DNA from: an uncultured Chloroflexia bacterium
GTDB taxonomy: Bacteria > Chloroflexota > UBA6077 > JACCZL01
Direction of reading: 5' to 3'
DNA length: 64,000 bases
Assembly: GCA_963765765.1 (NCBI GenBank)
Contig: CAVXYC010000015.1
Span: forward strand, 256,001-320,000
Below the pieces are notes generated by a model. The model was not told the DNA's origin. It worked only from the letters and a program-made list of their open reading frames with translations, and ran no database searches. Of the stretch, positions 40,371 through 50,671 are shown piece after piece. The translations under genes and the position numbers were made by a program. Every line of letters begins with the position of its first letter. Position 1 is the stretch's first letter.

Positions 40371-41126
40371 GTGGCTGAGTACAACAAGGCGGTCGTCGAC
40401 GATCTGAAGAAGCGCCTGGTTGAGGGACTAACTGTTCTCTCGGCCGAGGGTGTTCTCGGCGGCATGGGACACATCAGCGTGCGCGTGCCGCAGAGTGATC
40501 TCTTTCTGATCAATCCCCGGTATGCGCCCAACGTGGCCGGCGTCGAAGATATCTGTGTGGTCACGGCCGACGGAAAACGCGTGGACGGTCCCGGGCCAAT
40601 TCCGGGTGAGACGCCCATACACTCCGGCATCCTCAAGCGGCGCCCAGACGTAGACGCGGTGGTGCATTGCCATCCTCGTAGCGCGGTCATTATGAGCGTC
40701 ATCGATCATCAGCTCGTGCCGTTCAACATCATGGCCAATACGTTCCGCGATGGCCTGCCAGTTTATCCCGAAGCGCACCAGGTTGATACTGCCGAGCGCG
40801 GCGATGCGCTGGCGATGTCTCTGGGCGATCATCTCGCGGTCCTCCAGCGCGGACACGGTATTGCCGCCGTGGGGCCGTCCATTGAGGGCGTCTGCCTAGT
40901 AGCGATCCGACTCGAGCACAGCTGCGCCGATCAACTCGAGGTGATGCGCTACGTCACGCCGGAGCCAGTCGATGATTCAGAGTCGCCGCCGCCGTGGAAT
41001 GGCCTGAAGAACCCGTATCGCGAGTGGCCGTATCTGATGCAGAAGCATCACATCCGCTCCCGCGAGGAGATCAAGGCGAGCATCACCCCGCCGGTGGAAG
41101 GCTCACGATCGCGCGATAACAAATAG
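40371..41126 (+). CDS. Class II aldolase/adducin-fold protein
   Basis: GHISVR, ETPIH, VVHCHP, RGHG. Confidence 0.9.
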   Translation: MAEYNKAVVDDLKKRLVEGLTVLSAEGVLGGMGHISVRVPQSDLFLINPRYAPNVAGVEDICVVTADGKRVDGPGPIPGETPIHSGILKRRPDVDAVVHCHPRSAVIMSVIDHQLVPFNIMANTFRDGLPVYPEAHQVDTAERGDALAMSLGDHLAVLQRGHGIAAVGPSIEGVCLVAIRLEHSCADQLEVMRYVTPEPVDDSESPPPWNGLKNPYREWPYLMQKHHIRSREEIKASITPPVEGSRSRDNK

Positions 41127-41195
41127 GCACTGAGGCAGACTCCGCGGAGCCTCCCAGCGACCCACGGTGCCATATCGCCGGTTGGTTTACGGTCG

Positions 41196-41309
41196 CACCC
41201 GTAGCGCGGCGGTCTTGTGCCCCGCGCCCCTTGAGATGTCCTGAACGACCGACGGCCTGTTCTTAGGTGTTCGCGGGGCGCGGGGCACAAGACCGCCGCG
41301 CTACGGGTG
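41196..41309. repeat. REPIN-like element (35-bp inverted repeat, GTAG-type)
   Basis: cacccgtagcgcggcggtcttgtgccccgcgcccc at 41196-41230 and its reverse complement at 41275-41309. Confidence 0.85.
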
Positions 41310-41499
41310 ACTGAGTAATCTCCTCCTTACATCCCTCGGGGATGCCGCGGGCAACGGACGCCAGTGTGTAGGCTGGGCACCCGGTATTAGTTGCGCGCTC
41401 CGGCGTGTGGAGATTAGATTGTTGTTCAATTGGCGCCGTCTCAACGCGCGAGGGGCAGGCGTTTGACTGTCAGTTCACCGCGTTTACTGGAGGAGTCCA

Positions 41500-43293
41500 T
41501 TGACTTCACGAACTCGAACGACACGAATGTGGCTGTATCCGGCATTTGCCACATTGGTAACGGCGGCCGTTGGCTGTCAGGGCGCTGCCCCTGCCCAGAA
41601 GCCGGCTGAGCCTGCACAGGCTACGAGCGCTCCCGCGGCTCAGCCGGCGCAGAAAACTGACGCGAAGCCTGCCGATGCCCAGCCCGCTGCGCCCGCCGCG
41701 AGCGGGCCGGTCACTCCTAAGGTCAACCGCCTGGTGATGGCCATTCAACCGATCGGAATTGAAAGTAATGACCCGACAGTAATTTCGCCGCCCGAAACAT
41801 GGCAGCTCCGGCCCATGTATGAGACGCTGCTCGGCGTAGATCCTGACGGCAAAGAGCCCGTACCGATGCTGGCAACTTCTTACAGCCTGGAGCCGGATGG
41901 GTTCTCCTATCGGTTCCAACTTCGCAAGGGCGTGCAGTTCCACAATGGCTTTGGCGAAATGACCGCCAAGGACGTGAAGTTTGCCTATGAGCGAATGATT
42001 GGGCCCGAGTCCAAGCATCCCCACACCAGCTATTGGAAGACGGTGGTCAAGGACGTGGAGATCATCAATGACCACGAGTTTATCTTCCGATTGACAGGCC
42101 CCGACGCGGACTTCATCACCTCAACGAGCGGCGCGGAAGCAGTTCTCCCCATCTATAGCAAGGCCGACGCCGATTCACGACCCAATTTTCCGACGATCAC
42201 TGACAAGCCAATCGCGGGCACGGGACCATATCAATTCGTTGAGCGGCAACAATCGCAGTTCCTTCGATTTGAGCGCGTTCCGTACCAGCACTGGCGTGTA
42301 ACGCCCGATTTCCCGGAGTTTGAGTATCGGCTGACCAAGGAGCTATCCACGCGCATCGCTCAGTTGAAGGCCAAAGAGATCCAGGTTGCAGGCCTGCCTC
42401 CTGAGATGATCGGACAGGCTGAGGGCCCTGGGTTCAAGGTCATCAAGAGCCGCTCAGCGGGACTGCAGGCATTCTTGACCTGGCATGGCGTGTATCCCAG
42501 TCCTCAGATCCGACCCGAGGAGCGGCCCGCGGTAGACCCGACACAGCCGTTTGTCTACATGGACACGCCGCTTCTGAATATCAAGGTTCGACAGGCGCTC
42601 AACAAGGCGATCAATCGCGACGAGTTCAATAAGGCGTTTTTCCGTGGGATTGGTGAGGAGATTTATCTCTTCGGCTACAAGGAAGATCGGCCGGGCTGGA
42701 ACCCGGAGTGGAAGAATCGCTTCCCCGACATGTACGGGTATGATCCGGCGAAGGCTCGGGCTCTTCTTACTGAGGCCGGCTACGGCCCGAGCAATCCACT
42801 CAGGACCAATATTATCCTGGTCAGCACGGCGTACTTCGCGGCATCCGGTGACATGTCTGAGGCTATCAGCGGGTACTGGCGAAACATCGGTGTGGATGTG
42901 AATCTAATCACGATGGACGGTAACCAGCGCACCACGCAATCCCGTCAGCGTGAGTTCAATAACCACGGTGAAGTGGTGGGCTCATCCGTGCGTCAACTTC
43001 GCGGCTGGGGCATCTACGGCACCCACACTGCGATGGGAACCCAGAGCGGCACGGCTCTGCCGGAAGTGGACGAGGTATTCGACGCTGAGGTGCGCAAGAC
43101 TGTGGACCCAGCGAAGGCCGACGCTGCCTGGCGGAAAATGGGCGACCTTGCCTATGACCGCTTCATGAACGTCCCACTTCACTGGGTACCTGCCGAAGCC
43201 GTAGTGGATGCGAATATCGTGGGCGACTACATCTACCCCGGCACGATTACTGGCCTTTACACTCACCCCGAGTACATTAAGGCAGCGCCCTAA
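41500..43293 (+). CDS. Family 5 (peptide/nickel-type) ABC substrate-binding lipoprotein
   Basis: AVGC lipobox, LRKGVQFH, AGTGPY, KVRQALNKAINR, YDPAKARALL; GGAGGAG RBS, TTG start. Confidence 0.93.
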   Translation: MTSRTRTTRMWLYPAFATLVTAAVGCQGAAPAQKPAEPAQATSAPAAQPAQKTDAKPADAQPAAPAASGPVTPKVNRLVMAIQPIGIESNDPTVISPPETWQLRPMYETLLGVDPDGKEPVPMLATSYSLEPDGFSYRFQLRKGVQFHNGFGEMTAKDVKFAYERMIGPESKHPHTSYWKTVVKDVEIINDHEFIFRLTGPDADFITSTSGAEAVLPIYSKADADSRPNFPTITDKPIAGTGPYQFVERQQSQFLRFERVPYQHWRVTPDFPEFEYRLTKELSTRIAQLKAKEIQVAGLPPEMIGQAEGPGFKVIKSRSAGLQAFLTWHGVYPSPQIRPEERPAVDPTQPFVYMDTPLLNIKVRQALNKAINRDEFNKAFFRGIGEEIYLFGYKEDRPGWNPEWKNRFPDMYGYDPAKARALLTEAGYGPSNPLRTNIILVSTAYFAASGDMSEAISGYWRNIGVDVNLITMDGNQRTTQSRQREFNNHGEVVGSSVRQLRGWGIYGTHTAMGTQSGTALPEVDEVFDAEVRKTVDPAKADAAWRKMGDLAYDRFMNVPLHWVPAEAVVDANIVGDYIYPGTITGLYTHPEYIKAAP

Positions 43294-43298
43294 CAGAG

Positions 43299-43374
43299 AG
43301 TGATGAGTGATGGGTCATGAGTGATGAGGGGAGTTTGGGCTGGACTCATCACTCATGACCCATCACTCATCACT
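43299..43374. repeat. 30-bp inverted repeat built of 7-mer units
   Basis: agtgatg-agtgatg-ggtcatg-agtgatg-ag with exact reverse complement at 43345-43374. Confidence 0.9.
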
Positions 43375-43382
43375 TCGTTGCA

Positions 43383-44363
43383 ATGGCTGAGATCGTCCTA
43401 GGCATCGGCTCCGCGCGGAGCCCTCTTACCAGCTTGCCGCCCGAACATTGGGCGGCTCTTGGTGAGAGAGACAAACGTAGTACCGTTCTCTTCGAGTTAG
43501 ACGGCTCGCCGGTGACGTACGATGCGCTCCTGGCACGCGCTCCCGACGTATCAACGCGTCTGGACCCTGCGCTCTGGAGACGCCAGTTCGAGACGGCTCA
43601 GCGCGACTTCGACGTGCTCCATGAGACGATTCAGCGCGTCGCTCCCGACGTGCTTGTCATCATGGGTGACGATGAGGAAGAGCTTCACCACGCCGACAAT
43701 CGCCCCGGCATTCTCGTGTACCTCGGTGACTCGTTTAGAGTCATGGCGCGTCCGCTCCCGGCCGATACGGACGAGCTAAACAGGCTCTCCAACTGGTCCT
43801 GGGGTGATCACGATGCGATTTATCCCGCGGCCCAGGAGATTTCAAAGTATCTGGTTGATAGGCTTATCGCTGAAGACTTCGATCTATCCATCTCGAATCA
43901 CCTTCCAATGGATAGGCCAATCAGCCATGGATTTGGATTTATTTTCACTCGGCTTGCTCGTCGAATGCAGATTCCAACAGTCGCGATCTTCATGAACATC
44001 CACTACCCACCCAACCGCCTCAGTCCAAGGCGGTGCTGGCAGTTCGGTAAAGCCGTGCGACGGGTAATTGAAAGTTGGCCGGGGAATGAGCGGGTGGCGG
44101 TGATCGGGACGGGCGGATTGAGCACCGGCGTGCTCCGCGAGGACATGGACCAACTGGTCCTGCGAGCCATGGCCGAGCACGACGAGCAAGTGTTCAACAC
44201 GATGCCTCACGAATGGATCAAAGGGCCGGCAGGTGAAGCTCTCGCCTGGATCGCCACGGCCGGTGCGTGTGAGCATTTAGCCATGGATGTCCTGGATTAC
44301 ATCCCAATCATTCGCTCCCCCGCGGCCACCGGCTGTGGAGTCACGTTCGCCCGCTGGGAATGA
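43383..44363 (+). CDS. LigB-like class III extradiol dioxygenase homolog, degenerate active site
   Basis: MAEIVLGIG, PDVLVIMGDD, HGFGF, YPPN...RC..FGKAV, RVAVIGTGGLS, GE...W. Confidence 0.85.
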   Translation: MAEIVLGIGSARSPLTSLPPEHWAALGERDKRSTVLFELDGSPVTYDALLARAPDVSTRLDPALWRRQFETAQRDFDVLHETIQRVAPDVLVIMGDDEEELHHADNRPGILVYLGDSFRVMARPLPADTDELNRLSNWSWGDHDAIYPAAQEISKYLVDRLIAEDFDLSISNHLPMDRPISHGFGFIFTRLARRMQIPTVAIFMNIHYPPNRLSPRRCWQFGKAVRRVIESWPGNERVAVIGTGGLSTGVLREDMDQLVLRAMAEHDEQVFNTMPHEWIKGPAGEALAWIATAGACEHLAMDVLDYIPIIRSPAATGCGVTFARWE

Positions 44364-44400
44364 TGCTGTCCCAAGTCGCGACTCCGGGGCGACTTGCTAA

Positions 44401-45612
44401 CTAGGTTCGGTCGTTCAGCACTTTCTGATACAGCGCGGCTGTTTTGTCCGCGATGGCGGACCATGAGAAATACTCCTCCACCCGCTGTCGGCCGGCCTCG
44501 GCCATTTTGTTTCTCAGTGCATCGTCGCGAAGGAGACGATTGATGGCCGCGGCTAGATCTGCGCTGAACTTGGGCGGATCTACGGGCTCAAACGGGCTCT
44601 CCCTGAGCTGATCCAGTGGAACCAATATCCCAGTTTCGCCGTCCACAACGACTTCTGGGATGCCACCGACGGCGCTCGCAACAACCGCCGTTTCGCACGC
44701 CATTGCCTCGAGATTAATGATCCCAAAGGGCTCGTAAATGGAAGGACAGCAAAACACCGTTGCATGTGTGTAGAGCTGGATCACCTCGTTGCGTGGCACC
44801 ATCTTCTCAATCCATATGACGTCCGGCCTGGATGCTTGAACTTGAGCGACGGCAGCCTGCATCTCAGCATCTATTTCTGGGGTATCAGGAGCGCCCGCGC
44901 ACAGGACAATCTGCGCTGAAGCATCGATATCCTTGATGGCACGAACGAGATGGATGATGCCCTTCTGACGGGTGATTCTCCCCACGAAGAGGACGAACGG
45001 CCGATCGGAGTCGATGCCGTATTGCACCAACGCCGATTTTGATTCGGCCGGCTTGTAGAGGTTGACATCGATGCCGTTATGGATGACGTGAACCTTAGCG
45101 GAGTCCACATTGAAGAGCTCCAGCACGTCGCGGCGAGTCTCATTCGAGACGCCAATGATTGCATCCGCCATCTCGAGCGCGGTGCGCTCCACCCATTGCG
45201 TCACGTCGTAGCCGCCGCCAAGCTGCTCCCGCTTCCACGGGCGCAGCGGTTCCAGCGAGTGTACAGTGACGATGAGCGGTATCCCATAGCCTAGCTTGGT
45301 GATGATGCCGCCAAGATGGCTATACCACGTATGGCAATGGACCAGGTCTGCATCAACGTTCATTGCCGCCGCGGCCACGTTTCTGGTCATCGCGCCAAAG
45401 ACCGGCTGAAGTGGTTTTGGGGCAGTGATAGCAGCCGGATCGATCTCAAAGCCCCGGACCGAAAGTCGATTGTCCTGAATCTGCTGGTCGCCGAAACTGC
45501 GCACGTCTACGTCCATGATTCGAGCGAGCTCCGCGGTGAGGAACTCCACGTGCACGCCGGCGCCACCATAGACATAGGGCGGATATTCATTTGTCAGGAA
45601 AAGAGCTTTCAT
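44401..45612 (-). CDS. glgM: GT4 glycogen synthase-like protein (GlgM-type maltose-1-phosphate synthase)
   Basis: TNEYPPYVYGGAGVH, HSLEPLRPWKREQLGGGY, GRITRQKG, YEPFGIINLEAMAC. Confidence 0.88.
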   Translation of the reverse strand: MKALFLTNEYPPYVYGGAGVHVEFLTAELARIMDVDVRSFGDQQIQDNRLSVRGFEIDPAAITAPKPLQPVFGAMTRNVAAAAMNVDADLVHCHTWYSHLGGIITKLGYGIPLIVTVHSLEPLRPWKREQLGGGYDVTQWVERTALEMADAIIGVSNETRRDVLELFNVDSAKVHVIHNGIDVNLYKPAESKSALVQYGIDSDRPFVLFVGRITRQKGIIHLVRAIKDIDASAQIVLCAGAPDTPEIDAEMQAAVAQVQASRPDVIWIEKMVPRNEVIQLYTHATVFCCPSIYEPFGIINLEAMACETAVVASAVGGIPEVVVDGETGILVPLDQLRESPFEPVDPPKFSADLAAAINRLLRDDALRNKMAEAGRQRVEEYFSWSAIADKTAALYQKVLNDRT

Positions 45613-45872
45613 GTCGATTGATCTTTCAAGAACTACCTGATTCGCGGATATTCACTCGATCGAGGCAGGGGCTACTCAGAACGACCATCGCACAGATGAG
45701 GTCAGGCGTCCGGGTGGCGCAAAAGGCCAAGCGACACGCCGTCAGCCAGGCAACAGAGCGCAGTGGGCGATTCGGCCAAGACCAACTGGCGCGACAAGCC
45801 CTTTGACGTGACAGCGCATCTTAGCAGTCGCCGTCGCGTGAGAGAACCCTCGGGCCTGTCATCGGTGGCACT

Positions 45873-47385
45873 GGGTGTAACCAAGAGTTGTGGGTTTGGG
45901 GGCCTAGGCGGCCCGGGCATGGAGCGTGGCGTGGTGGGCCCGGAGTACGGCCAGCGATTGGCCTCCGGCGCTGGACCAGCGACAGCCCGGCCGTTTCATC
46001 CGCTGCTGGACGAGGTGTTTGGCGGCCGATTCCACCGCGCCCGACCCGATGGGCAGCCCCTGAGCTCGAAACTCCGGATACCGCATCCGCTGGCGATTGC
46101 TCTGGAAGTACCCGCGCTCCGTGGCCACCACCCGGCGCGCCTCGGCCGTCGGCGGCACGAGCTCCCGCAGGCGCGCCAGCACCGCTGCAGCCCCGGCGCT
46201 CCACAGCCCGGCGAGGCTCACCGCGACCCAGTCCGCGGCCGCGGCGGTGCCCGCGCCGAAGACCGCCCAGGGCCACGGTCCAGACATGCTCGCTGGCGTG
46301 GTACCAATCGACAATCTCCAGACGCTCGCCGAACTGCTCCGCAGCCGCCGTCCAGATCCAGCGCGCGCCGTCGCCTAGCACGACAACCGCCCGCAACCTC
46401 GCCAGCCCGGGCCCGGTGACCGGGCCATCGACGCCGAGGATGTCCAGGCCGCCCCGCCGCGCCACTTCGGCGCCCCAGCGCCCGGCGAACGGCCCCACCG
46501 GCTCGCGGGCCGCCACGTAACTCGGGGCCTCCAAGCGCTGCCGTTCCGGGGGCGCGAGCCGGATCCCAGCCGCCGACCACGCCGAGTTTGACTTCGTGCC
46601 AGCCATCGTTGAAGCGCACCAGCACGCCATCGGTTTCAGCGACCAGCTGGTGCGGGGCGGCATCCACCAGCCCGGCCGGGGCCCGCGTCCGTTCGACGGT
46701 GGCGCGGTCGGCCTGCTGAGCCTGATCGAGCGCGGCCCCGGCGGGCCTCGGTCTGGGTGCGCACCGTCTCGGGACTCACGGCCAGGCCGGTCAGGTCCTC
46801 GAGCAGGTCGGCGGCCTCGGCAAACGCCGTGGCGCCCCCCGGCCCGGACCAGCCAGGCGCGCAGCGGGCCGCTCAGGCGCTGGTGCGGCGCGAGGCCCAG
46901 CGTGCGGTCGGTCGGGCTCCAGCCGTGGCGGCAGGTCGGGCAGTGCGCCCACGGGCGCGACCAGCGGACCGGGCCGCAGACCGTGACCACCTGGCGGGAA
47001 CGCCAGCTGTGCGTGGGCGCGGTCGTGCCGCACTCCGGACAGCGGGACCGGTCGCGCTGGAGCCCGGGATCCAGACTGCGCTGGGTAGCCGCGATCATCC
47101 CGGCGACCAGCGTCGGGGCCACGGTGCGCAGCTCGGTCTGGACCTGGCGCTCGAGATCCGTCAGAGAGGCATCGCGGTGGGCGCGCGCCCAAGCCGCCAA
47201 GCGGTGGGCACAGGCGGCGAGCGGTGCGACAATCGTCTCGGGAAGGTTCTCCGCGTCCATGCGACCTTCCTCGCGGCCGGGGCGTCTCACTGCCCCGGCC
47301 GCCTCGGCATGAGAATCCGCGTTCGCAGCGTAACCCATCCGCTCCGGTCTCACCACCCGCTCTTCAACAACTTTTGGTTACACCC
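45873..47385 (-). mobile_element. Insertion sequence, ISLre2/ISKra4-like (IS256 superfamily), 1513 bp
   Basis: Terminal IRs GGGTGTAACCAA(G/A)AGTTGT (18/19 match); 8-bp target duplication GTGGCACT at 45865-45872 and 47386-47393. Confidence 0.93.
45904..47260 (-). pseudogene. Transposase, split over several frames
   Basis: CPECG, ETDG, GDGARWIW, DWYHASEH, IGSGAVESAAKHLVQQRMKRPGCRWS. Confidence 0.88.
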
Positions 47386-47486
47386 GTGGCACTGCAATCC
47401 TTGACAATGTCACGGCCCTATGGAATCGTGCTTGCGTCCGCGTTGCGTCGAAATTCGGCGTGGGCGTTGTCCCGCAGGAGGTCTCA

Positions 47487-48722
47487 ATGTCGTCTACCCG
47501 CCCCATCCACGCCCTCAATCGTCGAACATTTCTCCGCTATATCGCTGGATCAATTGGTGCCGTGAGCATCATGCCCCTTGTCGCGGCATGTGGGGGCTCG
47601 AACTCGGCCCCAAGCAGTAATTCGGCTGCTCCGTCCGCCAAGGCCGCACCAACCGCGGCGGAGGCTAAGGCGCCAGCACAGGCCGCCGCGCCGGCTGCCC
47701 CAGCCGCTCCCGCGGTGCCAGCCGAGTGGCAGCAATGGATGGACGGCGCGAAAAAGGAAGGCAAGGTGGTCGTCAACACCATGCCAGGTGCCGGTAATCG
47801 GAATGCCGTTCTCGAGTTTGAGAAATTCCTTCCCGGCGTCACCGTAGAGCAGACGGGTCTCCAGCTCTCTAACCAATTCACGCCGCGGATTCTTCAGGAA
47901 CGTGAAGGCGGAGTCTACACCTGGGACGTGGCGATCATTCCCATTGCTTCCGCGCTCGCGGTGCTTCGACCGCGCGGTGTATGGGACCCGGTCAAACCGG
48001 TACTGATCCATCCCGACGTGCTCAACGACGCCAACTGGACCGAAGGTTTTCAGTCTGGCTGGAGTGACGATGATAAGTCGCTCACCTACGGCTTCGGGTT
48101 GAACAAGAATCGCTCACTGTGGATCAATACCGAGATGGTCAAGGAAGACGAGATCAAGACCGTCAAAGACCTGCTGGATCCTAAGTGGAAGGGCAAGATG
48201 ATCCTCTCAGACCCGCGAGTGCTGGGAAATGGATTCCTGCCGGTCATGTTGATGCGCAATACGTATGGCGACGACATCATACGTCCGATTTTCAAAGACC
48301 AGGAGCCGAGCCTCAGCCGGGACCCGAACCAGGTCGCCGAATTCCTTGTACGCGGCCGCTACCCAATTGGCCTGGGGCCAACGGAGCTGGTGATCCAGGA
48401 GTTTCAGGACGGCGGGCTCGGTAAGAGCTTGGTAGGTCTCGACATTCCAGACCTTGCCCACACCAACGGCCACAGTGCCTTCCTGGTCAACAATGCGCCG
48501 CACCCGAACGCGGCTAAGGTGTTCATCAATTGGCTCCTTACTAAGGAAGGCCAGACCGCCTGGACGACGAACACGCTGACGAATAGTCGCCGAAACGATG
48601 TGCCGCCAGGCGACCCGGCAACCTATCCGTCCGAGGGTCAGAAGTACGTTCGCGTCGACATTGAGGAGACCACACGCAAGATGATCGAGGCTCAGGAAGT
48701 TTCGAAGCAGCTCATAGATTGA
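47487..48722 (+). CDS. Fe3+/polyamine/thiamine-class ABC substrate-binding Tat lipoprotein
   Basis: NRRTFL, VAAC lipobox, AKKEGKV, DLLDPKWKGK, APHPNAAKVFINWLL. Confidence 0.9.
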   Translation: MSSTRPIHALNRRTFLRYIAGSIGAVSIMPLVAACGGSNSAPSSNSAAPSAKAAPTAAEAKAPAQAAAPAAPAAPAVPAEWQQWMDGAKKEGKVVVNTMPGAGNRNAVLEFEKFLPGVTVEQTGLQLSNQFTPRILQEREGGVYTWDVAIIPIASALAVLRPRGVWDPVKPVLIHPDVLNDANWTEGFQSGWSDDDKSLTYGFGLNKNRSLWINTEMVKEDEIKTVKDLLDPKWKGKMILSDPRVLGNGFLPVMLMRNTYGDDIIRPIFKDQEPSLSRDPNQVAEFLVRGRYPIGLGPTELVIQEFQDGGLGKSLVGLDIPDLAHTNGHSAFLVNNAPHPNAAKVFINWLLTKEGQTAWTTNTLTNSRRNDVPPGDPATYPSEGQKYVRVDIEETTRKMIEAQEVSKQLID

Positions 48723-48842
48723 GCGAGCTCGATTGCGCACGAGTGTGCGCCGCATTCCGCGGTCCATCGATGGTCGAACCAGGTACGAGGGAGTACGAGC
48801 TGAGGCACATGCGCAAGAATCGCCGGACGTGTCAGTCAGGCA

Positions 48843-50570
48843 ATGAACGTGGCTAGCGTCGGAGATATCGGCGCCGTTGGTGCACGTCACGCGCGAGCCT
48901 GGAGGCCTCATTGGGACCTTCAGACAATTCTTGGCGTGATTCTCCTCGGATTGCTCACGCTATTCGTGGTTTATCCGGTGGTATTGATCTTCCTGCAGAG
49001 CATTCAGGTCACACGCCCCGGAGAAGCGATGATCTTTGGGGTCGATGGCTGGCGTGCGGTTTTCAATGAGCGCGGACTAGTTAGCGCTACGCTCAATACG
49101 CTGGGACTAACGCTGGCGCGTCAGTCGATTTCCTTGCCCATTGCCATTTTGATCGCCTGGCTCATTGCCCGAACTGATCTGCCTGGGCGAAACGTATTCG
49201 AGTTCATGTTCTGGTTGGCTTTTTTCCTGCCCAGCCTCACGGTGACACTGAGCTGGATCATGGTGCTGGATCCGGAGTTCGGTCTGTTCAACCAGATTAT
49301 TCAGCGTATCGGTTTACCGGTATTCAACGTCTATTCCTTCTGGGGCATTACCTGGGTGCACATCATGGCGAGCAGCATCACGGTGAAGGTGATGCTCCTG
49401 ACTCCGGTGCTGCGAAACCTCAACGCATCATTCGAAGAAGCTTCACGCGTAGCTGGCGCTAGCCCGCTCAGTACGTTGTGGAAGATTGTCGTACCGGTGA
49501 TGCTTCCCGCGGTTCTCGCGATCGAGCTTCTGGCTATCACACGCTCCCTTGAAGCGTTCGAAATCGAGCAAGTGCTGGGTGCACCTGTCGGGCTGTACGT
49601 GCTTAGCACGAGCATTTACGACATGCTGTATCAGCAGATTCCGCGCTATGACGTTGCCGCGGCATTGGGCGTCGTCATGCTGGTCTCCATGCTTGCCCTC
49701 GTGTACCTGCAACAACGCTGGATCGGTGGTCGCCGATTCACGACGGTCACTGGCCAGTATCAAGTACAGGTCTTGCGGCTGGGGCGCTGGCGTTGGGTCG
49801 CCTTCGCGGGTCTCGTAGGATTGCTTCTGCTCATCATCGGTGTCCCGCTGGTCTTCTCTTTGATGGGCACGTTCATGCAATTTTTCGGTTTCTTCACCGG
49901 CGCATGGACCATGAAACACTGGGAAACGGCCTTGAAGGATCGGTTCCTCTTGCAGTCGCTCCAGAACACGCTGATCCTCGCATTCGGAACTGCCATCGGT
50001 GCTGTCTTCATCCATTCTTTGATCGCCTACGTCATCGTGCGCACGCGATTCTTCGGTCGGCGTGCCCTGGACATCATGAGCTGGCTTCCGTTTACGGTGC
50101 CCGGAATTCTCCTCAGTCTGGGCCTCCTGGGTATGTTCCTTCGGACACCAGTGCTGCGGCCGCTCTATGGGTCGATGATCGTCCTGATCATTGCTGGCAT
50201 CGTGGCAATCATGCCGCTGGCCGTGCAGATCGTTAAAAGCAACCTTCTCCAGCTCGGGGCCGAGCTCGAGGAGGCATCCTGGCTCACCGGCGGTAACTGG
50301 TGGCACACATATCGACGCATCATTCTGCCGCTCATCAGCCCCACACTCGTGGTGGTTGGCCTTATCAGCTTCATCGGCGCCTCCAGGAACATTGCCCAGG
50401 TGGCGCTCTTGTCCAATACCGCCACGAGGCCTCTGTCTATCATGCAGCTCGACTACATGGCCGATCATCGCCTTGAGGTTGCTGCCGTGATCGCGTGTCT
50501 GATCATGTTCATGACGCTGGGGCTCGCGCTGGCAGCCCGAGCGTTTGGTTATAAGACGGCCGGCGGATAA
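48843..50570 (+). CDS. FbpB-like double-domain ABC permease
   Basis: RTDLPGR; two EAA loops (EEASRVAGAS, EEASWLTGG). Confidence 0.92.
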   Translation: MNVASVGDIGAVGARHARAWRPHWDLQTILGVILLGLLTLFVVYPVVLIFLQSIQVTRPGEAMIFGVDGWRAVFNERGLVSATLNTLGLTLARQSISLPIAILIAWLIARTDLPGRNVFEFMFWLAFFLPSLTVTLSWIMVLDPEFGLFNQIIQRIGLPVFNVYSFWGITWVHIMASSITVKVMLLTPVLRNLNASFEEASRVAGASPLSTLWKIVVPVMLPAVLAIELLAITRSLEAFEIEQVLGAPVGLYVLSTSIYDMLYQQIPRYDVAAALGVVMLVSMLALVYLQQRWIGGRRFTTVTGQYQVQVLRLGRWRWVAFAGLVGLLLLIIGVPLVFSLMGTFMQFFGFFTGAWTMKHWETALKDRFLLQSLQNTLILAFGTAIGAVFIHSLIAYVIVRTRFFGRRALDIMSWLPFTVPGILLSLGLLGMFLRTPVLRPLYGSMIVLIIAGIVAIMPLAVQIVKSNLLQLGAELEEASWLTGGNWWHTYRRIILPLISPTLVVVGLISFIGASRNIAQVALLSNTATRPLSIMQLDYMADHRLEVAAVIACLIMFMTLGLALAARAFGYKTAGG

Positions 50571-50671
50571 CCAGTAAGCCCAACATTACGCGGTTCAACT
50601 ATGCCGGTAGGCATAACCGGGCCGGTGCAACGGCATCGGTCTCTTCGTCACACTCAGAATGGGAGAATACT

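Noticed and set aside
44401-45612. Classical GT5 glycogen synthase GlgA
   Set aside because: Lacks KTGGL; the motifs are of the GT4 GlgM type
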